Positions 21,155 to 30,620 of a stretch of 44,687 bases of DNA are shown piece by piece. Location: positions 85,236-129,922 of IMG/VR virus record IMGVR_UViG_3300040771_000271. One strand, written 5' to 3'. The notes beneath the pieces are model-generated. The model did not search any database. It saw nothing but the letters and a program-made list of their open reading frames with translations, and was not told the DNA's origin. The stretch comes from a virus. How positions within the stretch are numbered: position 1 is the stretch's first letter; each line of letters begins with the position of its first letter. Both the position numbers and the translations under genes were made by a program.

Positions 21155-21515
21155 GAACAACTAATTACTTTAAATCTGTAAAATAAGCCTCTTCAAATTC
21201 GTCATACAAATCTAATAGCTTTCTCAAACCTTGTATTTTAGCAAACAACACTTCAACTACTGATTTGTCTAAAGGTACGTTTGAAGATAACCTTTCCTCT
21301 AAAGCTTCGTCTGCTTCATCCAAAGCATCTTCTAAATCTCTTTTAGCTTTACTTAATACTTTAGCATCTTTTTTCAAAGTAGTTGTAACTACTGTTGCTA
21401 CGTTTTTTTCTTCTGTCATTGCTGACTCTAATAATTGTTTTCTGTTCATCTTTATTGGTTTTTATTAAATTTATTTTACAAATGTATTACTTTTATTTTG
21501 ATTGTGCAACTATTT

Positions 21516-21917
21516 TTAAAGTTTTATTTCAAATCTACCTTTCATTTTATCAATACTTTCTTGAGGTACATTGTGTTGATTAATTCCACCATGTCTGTTT
21601 TCAACAATTAAGGAATAAACTTTATAATCAAACTTTTCAGCCCAATCATAATACCACTGCATTTCCCATTCTTGAGTAAAAGTATTACTAACTATAATCT
21701 TAGTTTCTTTATTTACCATCCATTCCCCTACTTGGTTTTGACACCACGAATGAGCGTCTTTAACTTTTTCAGGTTTCCAATTATATATTCCATCTTTATT
21801 AATGTGATACATATCTGCTTCAACGTGTTTTCCACCTAAAGATTTAGCTAGAGTACTTTTACCAGCCCCAGGACAGCCTCTTAGGATATATAATTCTTTA
21901 GTTTTCATGTCTTCCAA
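21516..21917 (-). CDS. P-loop kinase (AAA_33 / polynucleotide kinase-like)
   Basis: LRGCPGAGKST, EAD, AH.WCQ, IVSNTFT, HNVP...I.KM..RF. Confidence 0.85.
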   Translation of the reverse strand: MEDMKTKELYILRGCPGAGKSTLAKSLGGKHVEADMYHINKDGIYNWKPEKVKDAHSWCQNQVGEWMVNKETKIIVSNTFTQEWEMQWYYDWAEKFDYKVYSLIVENRHGGINQHNVPQESIDKMKGRFEIKL

Positions 21918-22521
21918 TAATTAATTTATCTTTTAAAATATCTTTTACCTGTTCAAATGAAAATATACTGTATTCTCCAAACATATTATAGTAAGAATCA
22001 ATTCCAACATCCATAGATTTATATTTATGGATTTCTTTTACTACGTCGCTTTCATCTGCATGTAGATGTCCGTGTAAACTAATAGAACCATCATCTTGAT
22101 AATTCCAGTTAAACATGGGGTAATGAGAGCAACATATAATTTGCCCCTCTATATTTAATTCTAAATAATAGCCAATATACAATAACTTGTCAAACTGACA
22201 ATCCTTTTCTACCTTTTTTAATTTACCTATGTTACAGTGATTACCAAATAAGATGATTACATTCTCGCAAACAATATCACTTAAAAATCTAGCGTATTGT
22301 TTTTCAGCCATCATTGTATCTCCCAATAAAACTAACAAGTCATTCTTACCAACTTTAGCGTTAATTTCATCAGTAATGTATTTATTCATCCACTCTAAAT
22401 TTTGAAAATTGCGTCCAAAATCTATAACCGCTTGATGATCTAAATGTAAATCAGAACTGAAGAAAATATTATTAATCTCTAAAGTTTGTTTTGGATAACT
22501 TGTTAGTATTTTAACTTTCAT
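21898..22521 (-). CDS. Calcineurin-like metallophosphoesterase
   Basis: SDLHLDH, LGD, GNH, HYP, HGHLH, DVGID. Confidence 0.88.
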   Translation of the reverse strand: MKVKILTSYPKQTLEINNIFFSSDLHLDHQAVIDFGRNFQNLEWMNKYITDEINAKVGKNDLLVLLGDTMMAEKQYARFLSDIVCENVIILFGNHCNIGKLKKVEKDCQFDKLLYIGYYLELNIEGQIICCSHYPMFNWNYQDDGSISLHGHLHADESDVVKEIHKYKSMDVGIDSYYNMFGEYSIFSFEQVKDILKDKLIIGRHEN

Positions 22522-22524
22522 AAT

Positions 22525-23787
22525 TTATGATTCTTTTTCTTCTACTTCATTTTCTTGGTCATCACTTTCCATCTTAATAAAATTTGGTGACTTCAATTTA
22601 AATATTTCATCAGTTTCTCTTATTCTAACACAAATACCTTCATCAATCTTACAATCACTGTAACTTTTGTTCAGATAAGTTTGTTGTAAATAGCCTAATA
22701 AACTGCTATCATCTACAACCATTTCTTTAATCTTACCTATAAAATACTCTTGAACATGATTTAAACCATATTTTTCACAGTATTTTTTTACTTGTTCCCA
22801 AGAAAACTCTATAACATTACCATCAATTGAAGTTTGAGTGATTCTATAAATATGAATCCCGTACTCTTGATTGTAAGTAAATTTATCTCCTTGAATACCT
22901 TTACCTACTATTTCTGCATATATTGAAACTCCTTTTTCTACTGTATGTCCAATCTCTTTATAAGCTCTTGCCCAAATATCAGAAGTATAGTAGCTTGGAT
23001 TTGGAGTTTCCCATTTGTTAGTTTGAGATTCAATCCCTTTAGGAAGTCTTCCTCTAGGTTTGCCACTCGACCATATAATACCATATTCTGACGTTGGAGT
23101 TTCCGCACCAAAAAACTTAAAAACTTTTTCTTTAAAAGCCAACTGTTTATTTATTAAAACATTAGATAATATTAAAGAAGAACCATGTAACTTTCTTGTT
23201 ATAACTACTTCAGTTTCTTGTGTAAATTTATCTTGATGCTTTACAAAATGCTCTGTTTCATGGTGAAAACGAAACTGTGACTCTAAAATTAAGTCTTTAA
23301 GTTTATTTGTCTTTACTGTTTTTTGACCGCCTTGACTAGACTCCCTAACTGCAACAACATACTTCTCACAAATAGAAATACCATCAATATCTGTAAACTC
23401 ATCTCCTAATTTTAACCAACTCACATTATTTAAAAAATAAAATAGACTATCTAAAGGAAGTAACATACCATCTGATATAATACCTCTTAATTTTATACTT
23501 TTAACTCTAGACTGCTTAGAACTTATAAAACCACGTTTTGTGGTATCTAAATTGTTTTCTTCTTTATCATACAAATTATTCATTTTACAATAATCAGCTG
23601 ATAATTTTGTGCCACTACAAAAGTAAAGCATTTTAGACCCAACTTGTGTTGTTTTAGGTACGACAACATTATTTCCATTTATCACTGTTCTAACAATCGC
23701 ATCTGCTCCCTCAATAGGAAACAAATCTTTAATCTCTACTACTGAGCAAGCGTAATTTTTACTTCCCTCTTTAATTTCTAATTTCAT
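22525..23787 (-). CDS. RNA ligase (Rnl2/DRB0094-like) with N-terminal OB-like domain
   Basis: N-terminal PIEGAD...RVK.IKLRG.ISDG.L.PL. Motif I RKLHGSS, YAEIVG, EGIC, FKLKS. Confidence 0.85.
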   Translation of the reverse strand: MKLEIKEGSKNYACSVVEIKDLFPIEGADAIVRTVINGNNVVVPKTTQVGSKMLYFCSGTKLSADYCKMNNLYDKEENNLDTTKRGFISSKQSRVKSIKLRGIISDGMLLPLDSLFYFLNNVSWLKLGDEFTDIDGISICEKYVVAVRESSQGGQKTVKTNKLKDLILESQFRFHHETEHFVKHQDKFTQETEVVITRKLHGSSLILSNVLINKQLAFKEKVFKFFGAETPTSEYGIIWSSGKPRGRLPKGIESQTNKWETPNPSYYTSDIWARAYKEIGHTVEKGVSIYAEIVGKGIQGDKFTYNQEYGIHIYRITQTSIDGNVIEFSWEQVKKYCEKYGLNHVQEYFIGKIKEMVVDDSSLLGYLQQTYLNKSYSDCKIDEGICVRIRETDEIFKLKSPNFIKMESDDQENEVEEKES

Positions 23788-24480
23788 AGTTTTTAATATA
23801 TAATTATTTTTTTCTTACTTGTTAAATACCACAACCCATTTTCCTCATAATATCTACATGGTTTTACAGCTTTACATGTGTTATAGTTTGTATTTATTAT
23901 TCTCTCTAATTCCTCTCTAGCTTCCGCTTCAGAATTAAAGGCTCTTTTTTCTTTTCTATCTTCCATTAGCTATCTTCATAATATCATTTTTAAATATTCT
24001 TCAACACTTTCTATGTCTTGGAATGGTGTGTTAATTAAGTCTTGTCCTATTGTTTTTCGACGAAATAAAAAATTAAAATAATAAACTGATTTAACAATAT
24101 AAAACTCAGGTAACTCATACTTATCTCCTAAACAACGATACAAAGGATGTATCTCAAATACTACCCGTTTCATTTATTTTTTACTATTTCTATTAATTTA
24201 TTTAAACAAGTTATTTCAGATTCTTCGTAAGTATCCCAAGAGTCTTTACCCCACTTAAAGTATCTCATTTTCCAAATATACTTACCAGACTTATACCAGT
24301 CTCCTGTCTTAATTTCTTCATCAGAAGTAATATAAATGTTTTGGTTTTTAAAATGCTCACCACCAATAGGTCTATCAGTTATAGTTAATTTATTGTTATC
24401 TACGTCTATAAATAACTTACTCGGTTTATCTGTTGGTAATAAAAATATATTCTTCATAGTGTTATTGTTTTAAATTTCTT

Positions 24481-24530
24481 TTACAAATATATGTATTATT
24501 TTCCATTCCCGCAAGAAAAACTTAATAAAA
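24481..24530 (-). promoter_or_regulatory. Repeated strong promoter, copy 3
   Basis: Plus strand ttacaaatatatgtattattttccattcccgcaagaaaaacttaataaaa. Confidence 0.75.
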
Positions 24531-24532
24531 AT

Positions 24533-24561
24533 AAAAAAGACCCACTTTTTAGGTGAGTCTT
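24533..24561 (-). terminator. Intrinsic terminator after nrdA
   Basis: Minus strand AAGACTCAC-loop-GTGGGTCTT followed by a T run. Confidence 0.75.
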
Positions 24562-24585
24562 AGTCTTGTTGTTTATTTGTATAAT

Positions 24586-26244
24586 TTATCCAGCACAACT
24601 GTCACATTCTAGTATTGACTTTCTTGTAAAGTTTTGAGCCGCATTCTGATTCAATTGATAATACAAAGTTTTTACACCCATTTCATGTGCTTTTAAGTAG
24701 TAATCACTAACTTCTTTAGCAGATGTACCAAAAGGAATCATAGTATTAAATGAAATACCTTGGTCAATAAACTTTGTTCTAGTGGCATTTTGTATTAAAA
24801 GTTCCATAGGACTTACTTCAGGAAAAGTTTTAAAAACAGATCTTTCTATATCAGTTAAAAAACTTAAGTGTTGAACTGAACCATTATTGTTCTTAATACT
24901 TTCCCAAACATGTTCTGTGTTTTTACCTTTACTTTTTAATAACTCTTCTAAGAATACATTTTTTTGAGAGTGTTTTGATTTAGCTAAAGCCTTAATAAAG
25001 TAGTTACTATAAACGGGCTCTATACTTTGAGACCATTGTCCAACAATTTCACTACTTGAAGTGTTAGGAGCAATAGCATTTAAAGTGACATGTCTTCTCT
25101 TGTATTTATCATCTTTTAACATAGGAGCTTTCCCATATTCCAAAGCCATCTTTTCAGAAGCTTTATAAGACATCTCTCTAAGCTTACCAAATATCTCTGT
25201 ATTTTTAAACTTAGCTTCCATACTTTCTAAAGGAATCATATTCATCTGTAAGTAAGAGTGGTATCCACTAGCTCCAATACCAACTGCCATTTGATCCTTT
25301 GCAAATCTAACAGTTCGTTGCATTAAAGGATTGTCTTCATTTTTAGCTATAAAATCTAATAAAAAAGTATCTAAAAGATTAAGTAAAACTTCTACAGCAT
25401 CTGTATCTTTCCACTCATCAAAGTGTACTAGATTCATAGCTCCAATACAACAGACAAAAGTGTTTTTATGATCATTATTTAAAAGTATCTCAGTACATAA
25501 ATTACTGTTATTTACATACTTACCTAATTCTTTGTAAATATCAGGTCTGTTGTTATTAACATTGTCTTTAAACATTATATAAGGAAACCCTGTCTCAAAC
25601 TTCTTCTTAATTATTTTAGCCCAAATATTCCTTTTATCAATATCTCCTTCTTTTAACTGTCTTATCCATTCATCTCCTATTTTTACTGCAAAAGGCACTT
25701 CATGTATATCAGAAGTTTTATCTTTAATAGTCAAAAACTTATCAATGTCTGGGTGTTCAACATCTAAATAAGCTGCAAACTTACCTCTTCTACTTCTTTG
25801 ACTAATCCAACTAGTCGTATCTTGAAGTCTTTTTACATATCTCATAACTCCATCAGCAAAACCTCCGCCCGTTATTGGTGCACCTTCTTTTCTAATGGCA
25901 GAAAGATCTCCTGAAGTCCCTCCTCCAATTTTTGACAGCATTCCAACTTCAGCGTCTGTAAATAATAGCCCTTCTACAGAGTCCTCTGCATAGCTCCCAA
26001 AACAGGAAATCGCACTTTCTTTTTTATCTAAATAATTAGTTATACCTGGCGTAGGAAGTAAAAACCAACCTCTTGATAAATAGTCTAAAAACTTTTCAGA
26101 ATAACCTTTTTTATCTAAAATACCCTCTGCTTTATCCCCTATTTTTTTAAAGTGCTCTATTTCGTCTCCTTTTATGTACCCGTTTTGTAAGAATAATTTA
26201 CTTTGTTCATTTAACCAATACCACTTTTCAAATTCTTTTTTCAT
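24586..26244 (-). CDS. nrdA: Class I ribonucleotide reductase alpha subunit (short, no ATP cone)
   Basis: ISCF, GGG, SNLCTEI, APN.SSS, DQGIS, GVKTLYY, C-terminal CDSC. Confidence 0.95.
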   Translation of the reverse strand: MKKEFEKWYWLNEQSKLFLQNGYIKGDEIEHFKKIGDKAEGILDKKGYSEKFLDYLSRGWFLLPTPGITNYLDKKESAISCFGSYAEDSVEGLLFTDAEVGMLSKIGGGTSGDLSAIRKEGAPITGGGFADGVMRYVKRLQDTTSWISQRSRRGKFAAYLDVEHPDIDKFLTIKDKTSDIHEVPFAVKIGDEWIRQLKEGDIDKRNIWAKIIKKKFETGFPYIMFKDNVNNNRPDIYKELGKYVNNSNLCTEILLNNDHKNTFVCCIGAMNLVHFDEWKDTDAVEVLLNLLDTFLLDFIAKNEDNPLMQRTVRFAKDQMAVGIGASGYHSYLQMNMIPLESMEAKFKNTEIFGKLREMSYKASEKMALEYGKAPMLKDDKYKRRHVTLNAIAPNTSSSEIVGQWSQSIEPVYSNYFIKALAKSKHSQKNVFLEELLKSKGKNTEHVWESIKNNNGSVQHLSFLTDIERSVFKTFPEVSPMELLIQNATRTKFIDQGISFNTMIPFGTSAKEVSDYYLKAHEMGVKTLYYQLNQNAAQNFTRKSILECDSCAG

Positions 26245-26259
26245 TTTTATTATTAATTT

Positions 26260-27243
26260 TTAAAACAACGAATCAGCCGAAATATCTTGCTGACCTATTG
26301 TATAATTTGGAGATTGTACATCAAAAAAATCTACTCTTACATCTAAAATTCTTTCTTCTTCAAACCATTTTGTAGATTCACCTAATTGATTTACATCTAT
26401 TTCAAACATACTTTCTATACCTATAGCATTTAAAGCTTTATTAAAGCGGTCTTGAATAAACAACTCTACATCATTTTTAGATATAAAATCTAAGTCTTCG
26501 CCATCAAATATCCAATCTATAATCTTTAATTCTGCATCATAAGCTTTTTTACATGCTCTTCTAATCTTATTATAGAAATCTTCATTAAACCATTCAGGGT
26601 ATTCTTTCTTAATAATGTTGATAAGAGCCACACCAAACTGAAAATGCACATCTTCTTCTTTAGCTGTAGCCATGATGATATTGTCGATAGTTTTAAGTTT
26701 CTGTCTTTTTTGGCAAAAAGATTTAACAATATAGAACTGACTAAATAAAGAACACGACTCTATAAAAGAACTAAACAATAATAAATTTAATACATAATTT
26801 TCCCTTTTGTTCTCAGAAGCTCCTTTTATATACTTTGTAAGGTATTCTACCCTTCCTTCTATAACAGGTTCTTTTAAAGCTTTTGCAAACTCATTTTCTA
26901 AACCTAATCTCGTAAGTAGCTCACTATAAGCTTCTTGGTGAATAATTTCATTCATAGCAAAGGTGTATCCTACCATATAAACTTCTGGTTTAGGTAAATT
27001 ATCACCAACTTTACCCCAAAAAGTTTTAACAGAAACCTCAATTTGAGAGATAGCTAATAAGGCTCTTTTTATAACTCCTCGTTCTTTATCAGTTAATACA
27101 TTGTGATAATCGCTTACATCTCTATCTAATCTTTCTCTGAATTCATCTACATACCATATAGTGCCTCGAATGGCGTTCATGTAGTGTAGTAATTCTGGAT
27201 ACTCATAGGGCTTAACTGCAACCCTCTTGTCAAAAATACTCAT
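26260..27243 (-). CDS. nrdB: Class I ribonucleotide reductase beta subunit
   Basis: QIEVSVK, E..H..AYS, IE..SLFSQF, EE.VH, DFF.....Y. Confidence 0.95.
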   Translation of the reverse strand: MSIFDKRVAVKPYEYPELLHYMNAIRGTIWYVDEFRERLDRDVSDYHNVLTDKERGVIKRALLAISQIEVSVKTFWGKVGDNLPKPEVYMVGYTFAMNEIIHQEAYSELLTRLGLENEFAKALKEPVIEGRVEYLTKYIKGASENKRENYVLNLLLFSSFIESCSLFSQFYIVKSFCQKRQKLKTIDNIIMATAKEEDVHFQFGVALINIIKKEYPEWFNEDFYNKIRRACKKAYDAELKIIDWIFDGEDLDFISKNDVELFIQDRFNKALNAIGIESMFEIDVNQLGESTKWFEEERILDVRVDFFDVQSPNYTIGQQDISADSLF

Positions 27244-27263
27244 TTATTTAATTGTTTTATAGT

Positions 27264-27380
27264 TATAAATTTGTTATGTCTACTTCGTAATTTATTAATG
27301 CTTGATAAACTTGGTCTGTTATCTTATCCTTCCAAATATTTGCTACTTCTTTTATGTGAGCTCTTTAATCTTTTCATATA
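27264..27380 (-). pseudogene. 3' remnant of an HNH/AP2 homing endonuclease paralogous to 2790-3548
   Basis: Translates as HIKEVANIWKDKITDQVYQALINYEVDITNL*, versus LAKELANKWNGQITEQVYQALINYEVEITD* in the intact gene. Shared exact nucleotide run tctacttcgtaatttattaatgcttgataaacttg. Confidence 0.8.
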
Positions 27381-27391
27381 TTTTTGGTGGT

Positions 27392-27425
27392 AAAAAAATC
27401 CTCAACGAATTAACGTTGAGGATTT
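27392..27425 (-). terminator. Strong intrinsic terminator
   Basis: Minus strand AAATCCTCAACG-TTAATT-CGTTGAGGATTT followed by TTTT. Confidence 0.8.
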
Positions 27426-27495
27426 GTATTTATTTGAACTCTCAGCACTCGTTAAAGTCTACTGTAATTCAGGTGTCTCGGACAACCTCTTATAT
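27426..27495 (-). ncRNA. Candidate small RNA or leader ending at the terminator
   Basis: GC-richer non-coding stretch between an AT-rich promoter-like zone and a perfect terminator. No family recognised. Confidence 0.35.
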
Positions 27496-28644
27496 AATGT
27501 TTTGTAAAAGTACAATATTTATATTGAATTATAAAATAGATTATACTTTAGTTTTTAAATTAAAGTATGTCTAATTTTTTTATAAATCTTGATTACTAAA
27601 CCATCTTAAAAATTTATTTGTAAAACTTATTTTTTTAAAAGGGTACCCAACGATTAAAAATAAAATACCTACAATAAAATTACCAAAAGGAATAAACCAC
27701 AGTATATTTAATTTTACATCTTTTTTAAGCCAATCATGCCAAATATATTGCATTCTAAAAGCATATCGGCAAAGAAAAATAGAACCAATGTAAAATAATA
27801 TTAAAATTGCTATTATCATAATTAAAATATTTTATAGTTCCAATTTATTTTATCTAAAAAGTAAACAAGTGCAATAATTAAGAATACAAGTTTACCACAA
27901 AATATCATCCAATATGAAAAACTTCTACCTATTGAATATTTTTCAAAACCTAACTTTTTAATGTTTATAAAAGCTTCTATTAATATCGCAATCATAATAA
28001 TACCTAATACTAAATCTCCTAATGTCATAATTAAAATTGTTTAAAATTTCTATCTAAATCTTCTATAATACTTAATAGTTTATCTTCCTTACTAATTATC
28101 TCTTCTAAAGTTTTACACTTATTTAAGGATTTTTCTACATAGTATCTTAAAGCTTGCGCTACTCTTGTATGGTATGTTTTACTTTCATATAAGTAGTCTT
28201 CTTTTTCTCCTGTTTTAATTGTTTTGCCGTTTTCTTTTACGGTTTTATCTCTTTGTCTTGTCTCTGAGAAAGTTAGGACTAATCCATAATCCCCATCTGA
28301 GGTTAAATCCCAATTAAGGTCTAACTCTATTTTACTTTTTTGTGTGAAAACTTTATTCATAATGTTTAATTTAAAATGTTAAAATATTTAGCCCAAAATA
28401 AAGATTGATAAAAAAGAGATACATAGACTCCCCAATAACCAACAAACTTTAACCATGTAGGAGTTTTAATAGTAAAGGCTTCTGTAAAAGTCTCTAAACT
28501 TTTTGTAAATAGTGTTGTATGTGATAGTAAGTATATTACTCCAAATACAAATGTAAAACTGAATAAGAATTCTGTTGTTGTCATAGTTTTAAGTTTTTGT
28601 TGTGCAAATATATAATATTAATTTTAATTCCGCAAATAAAAAAT

Positions 28645-28757
28645 AAAGAAACAGAAGATTTTATAACTCTTTAAATTACCTCTCCTAAAATAGTATATCC
28701 GACTTATTCGCTTTGTCCTCTATAAAACCCCTCACGATTGGGTTTATCTGTTTCTTT
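28645..28757 (-). ncRNA. Candidate structured RNA closed by a terminal stem
   Basis: AAAGAAACAGA...TCTGTTTCTTT 11-bp inverted repeat. Internal hairpin AAACCC-AATCGTGAG-GGGTTT. Confidence 0.4.
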
Positions 28758-28832
28758 AAAATACAACTTACAAGACAGCTTCTCTTGTCAATCACTAGGT
28801 TGACACCTCTTTTGCTGAGATATAAGACTGTT

Positions 28833-29327
28833 TTAACTATATTTTGCATTGTTTAGTATAAAGTGTAAAGTCCCTTTAGAGGATATTTCAAAGTTTTCCA
28901 TTGTTTGTTTATAGCTTTTGCAATTTTTGTAAAAATCTTTTACTTCAGTAGCGTTGTACTTTCTCCATTTATCTGTAGCATTTAAAGAGTATTTTAATCT
29001 TTTTTCTGCTGGATTGTCATTTACATTTTCTTTTTGAGTACCTATTAAAATATTGTCCCAACTACAATCTGTTTTTATGTTATTTTTATGTCTTACAACT
29101 GTATTTTTTTCAAATATTCTTTCTCCATACTTTTGATAGGCTTGTAATCTGTGCCAAGATATCGGGAAAGGTTCTCCAAACACCCTAGTTGAGAATATTG
29201 GATACCCATCATTATTTAGTATTCTTAATTCTATTAAATTAAATGGGGTTTGTAGTTTTACACCACATGTACTTATCCTATATCCTAATTTGTATGCCTG
29301 TAATAAGGCTTCATTGCTTTTACTCAT
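28833..29327 (-). CDS. HNH endonuclease (HNH_3-like)
   Basis: GY...WHRL.AY...VVRHKNNIKTDCSWDNILIGTQKEN..D, with a C-terminal HTH-like tail. Confidence 0.82.
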   Translation of the reverse strand: MSKSNEALLQAYKLGYRISTCGVKLQTPFNLIELRILNNDGYPIFSTRVFGEPFPISWHRLQAYQKYGERIFEKNTVVRHKNNIKTDCSWDNILIGTQKENVNDNPAEKRLKYSLNATDKWRKYNATEVKDFYKNCKSYKQTMENFEISSKGTLHFILNNAKYS

Positions 29328-29340
29328 ATTTTAAAAATTT

Positions 29341-29490
29341 ACCGCGATTGTGCGGTCACTATATCATAGTCCGAGGTAGCGTGCTGTTATTCAAATGAAA
29401 ACAGCCTCGTTTCTTAAAACCTTGTAGCCTGACCTTTCAGGCAGTATATGTCGATATTAATTTCACGTGTCGTTACATAGTACAAGGTTT
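29341..29490 (-). ncRNA. Candidate structured RNA(s) upstream of the HNH gene
   Basis: AAACCTTGTA...TACAAGGTTT closing stem with internal GCCTGA-AAGG-TCAGGC. Further hairpins GCTGTT/AACAGC, ACTAT/ATAGT and ACCGC/GCGGT. Confidence 0.45.
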
Positions 29491-29496
29491 ATATTT

Positions 29497-29925
29497 TTAT
29501 TCTACTAAGTGCTGAAAAACTTCAACGATTTTTGTTTCAGAAACGGAGGGAATAGAAAAATCCATTGTTCCTTTCATAGTAATAACAGTATTTTCATAGG
29601 CTTGTTTAGCGTTGTTTGCTTGAACTAGTATATATACATTTTGTCTTTTTTCCTTTCCAGAATCTTCGTCAAAAAACAGTAGTGAAACTTTCGACTTAAA
29701 CCACTTATCAGTATCTTCAAAAGCAGTAATCTCTGAATAGTTGGTGAGTTTAATATTTACTACTTTAAAATCTTCTCCTACATAAATCTTCATTTGTTCA
29801 TTAATATTGCTTTCTGCTTCACTAAATGATAAAGCACTAACTATGTAACTTTCTGTCACTACTTTGTTAACTCCTTGCTCGTCTGTTTTTCTAAATTTTA
29901 CAGAACAATCGAAATATTTATTCAT
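29497..29925 (-). CDS. DUF4494-like protein (Bacteroidota)
   Basis: F.C.V......G..K.VTE.Y.V.ALSF.EAE...WFK.K....DE.SGKEK.....LVQA...ETKI..VF. Confidence 0.8.
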   Translation of the reverse strand: MNKYFDCSVKFRKTDEQGVNKVVTESYIVSALSFSEAESNINEQMKIYVGEDFKVVNIKLTNYSEITAFEDTDKWFKSKVSLLFFDEDSGKEKRQNVYILVQANNAKQAYENTVITMKGTMDFSIPSVSETKIVEVFQHLVE

Positions 29926-30142
29926 ATTTATTGGTTTTTAATTTATTTATTTTTAAATATATTTTTCTTACCTAGGAATTTTTGCTTAACTCCATTTCTA
30001 TCTACACGCCTATTGAAAGCTCTCCTAGCATTTCTTTCAGTCTCACCATCTCCAAACTCTAATTTATCCAGTTGGACAGCTTCATTCTGCATATCATGTC
30101 TCAAGTCTTCTTTCATAATTTTTATTTAATTTATTTTAAAAA

Positions 30143-30411
30143 TAACACACATCCTTCAAGATAGGAATAAATATTTTCAGTATACTAACGTTGTCCATTG
30201 ACATTCTACATACTTATTTATCTTACTCAACAAACTTAACACCTCTTGTAGTGTTGTAATAAATAGTTTTGTAAAGAGGTCATCCAGTGTTGTAGTGTGC
30301 CCCCTTATTTACACACCTTGTTGCAAAGCTTACGGTTATAATCAACTACGGGTTTGCGTTTTACTTTTACAAATTCTATTTACTATTTGTTTGCTTTTCT
30401 ATGCGTGTTTT
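30143..30411 (-). ncRNA. Candidate ~270-nt multibranch structured RNA
   Basis: Non-coding gap closed by AACACGCAT/ATGTGTGTT, which needs a G-U pair available only on the minus strand. Several internal stems. Confidence 0.5.
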
Positions 30412-30620
30412 AAATTTAATCTATTCTTCGTAATGGGTTACAGTTGTTTTTCCTGTTTCTGAATCATAAGAACTGCTTCCTTGTACTTTTTCACTGTAAG
30501 TACTTGCATTGTTTCTACTGTAAAAATCTTTTGACACTTCTTTCATTTTAATTTTTGTTTTAAATTTATTTCTTTAACAAATATACAACTAATGTTTTAC
30601 TCTTGCAAATTTATTTCTAT

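Noticed and set aside
28760-29400. Canonical group I intron around the HNH gene
   Set aside because: The only S-like string (CATAGTCC) is on the strand opposite the ORF. No convincing P3/P7 core or interrupted exon was found.
29461-29472. Second parS-like site (TTTCACGTGTCG)
   Set aside because: Only one half matches the consensus.
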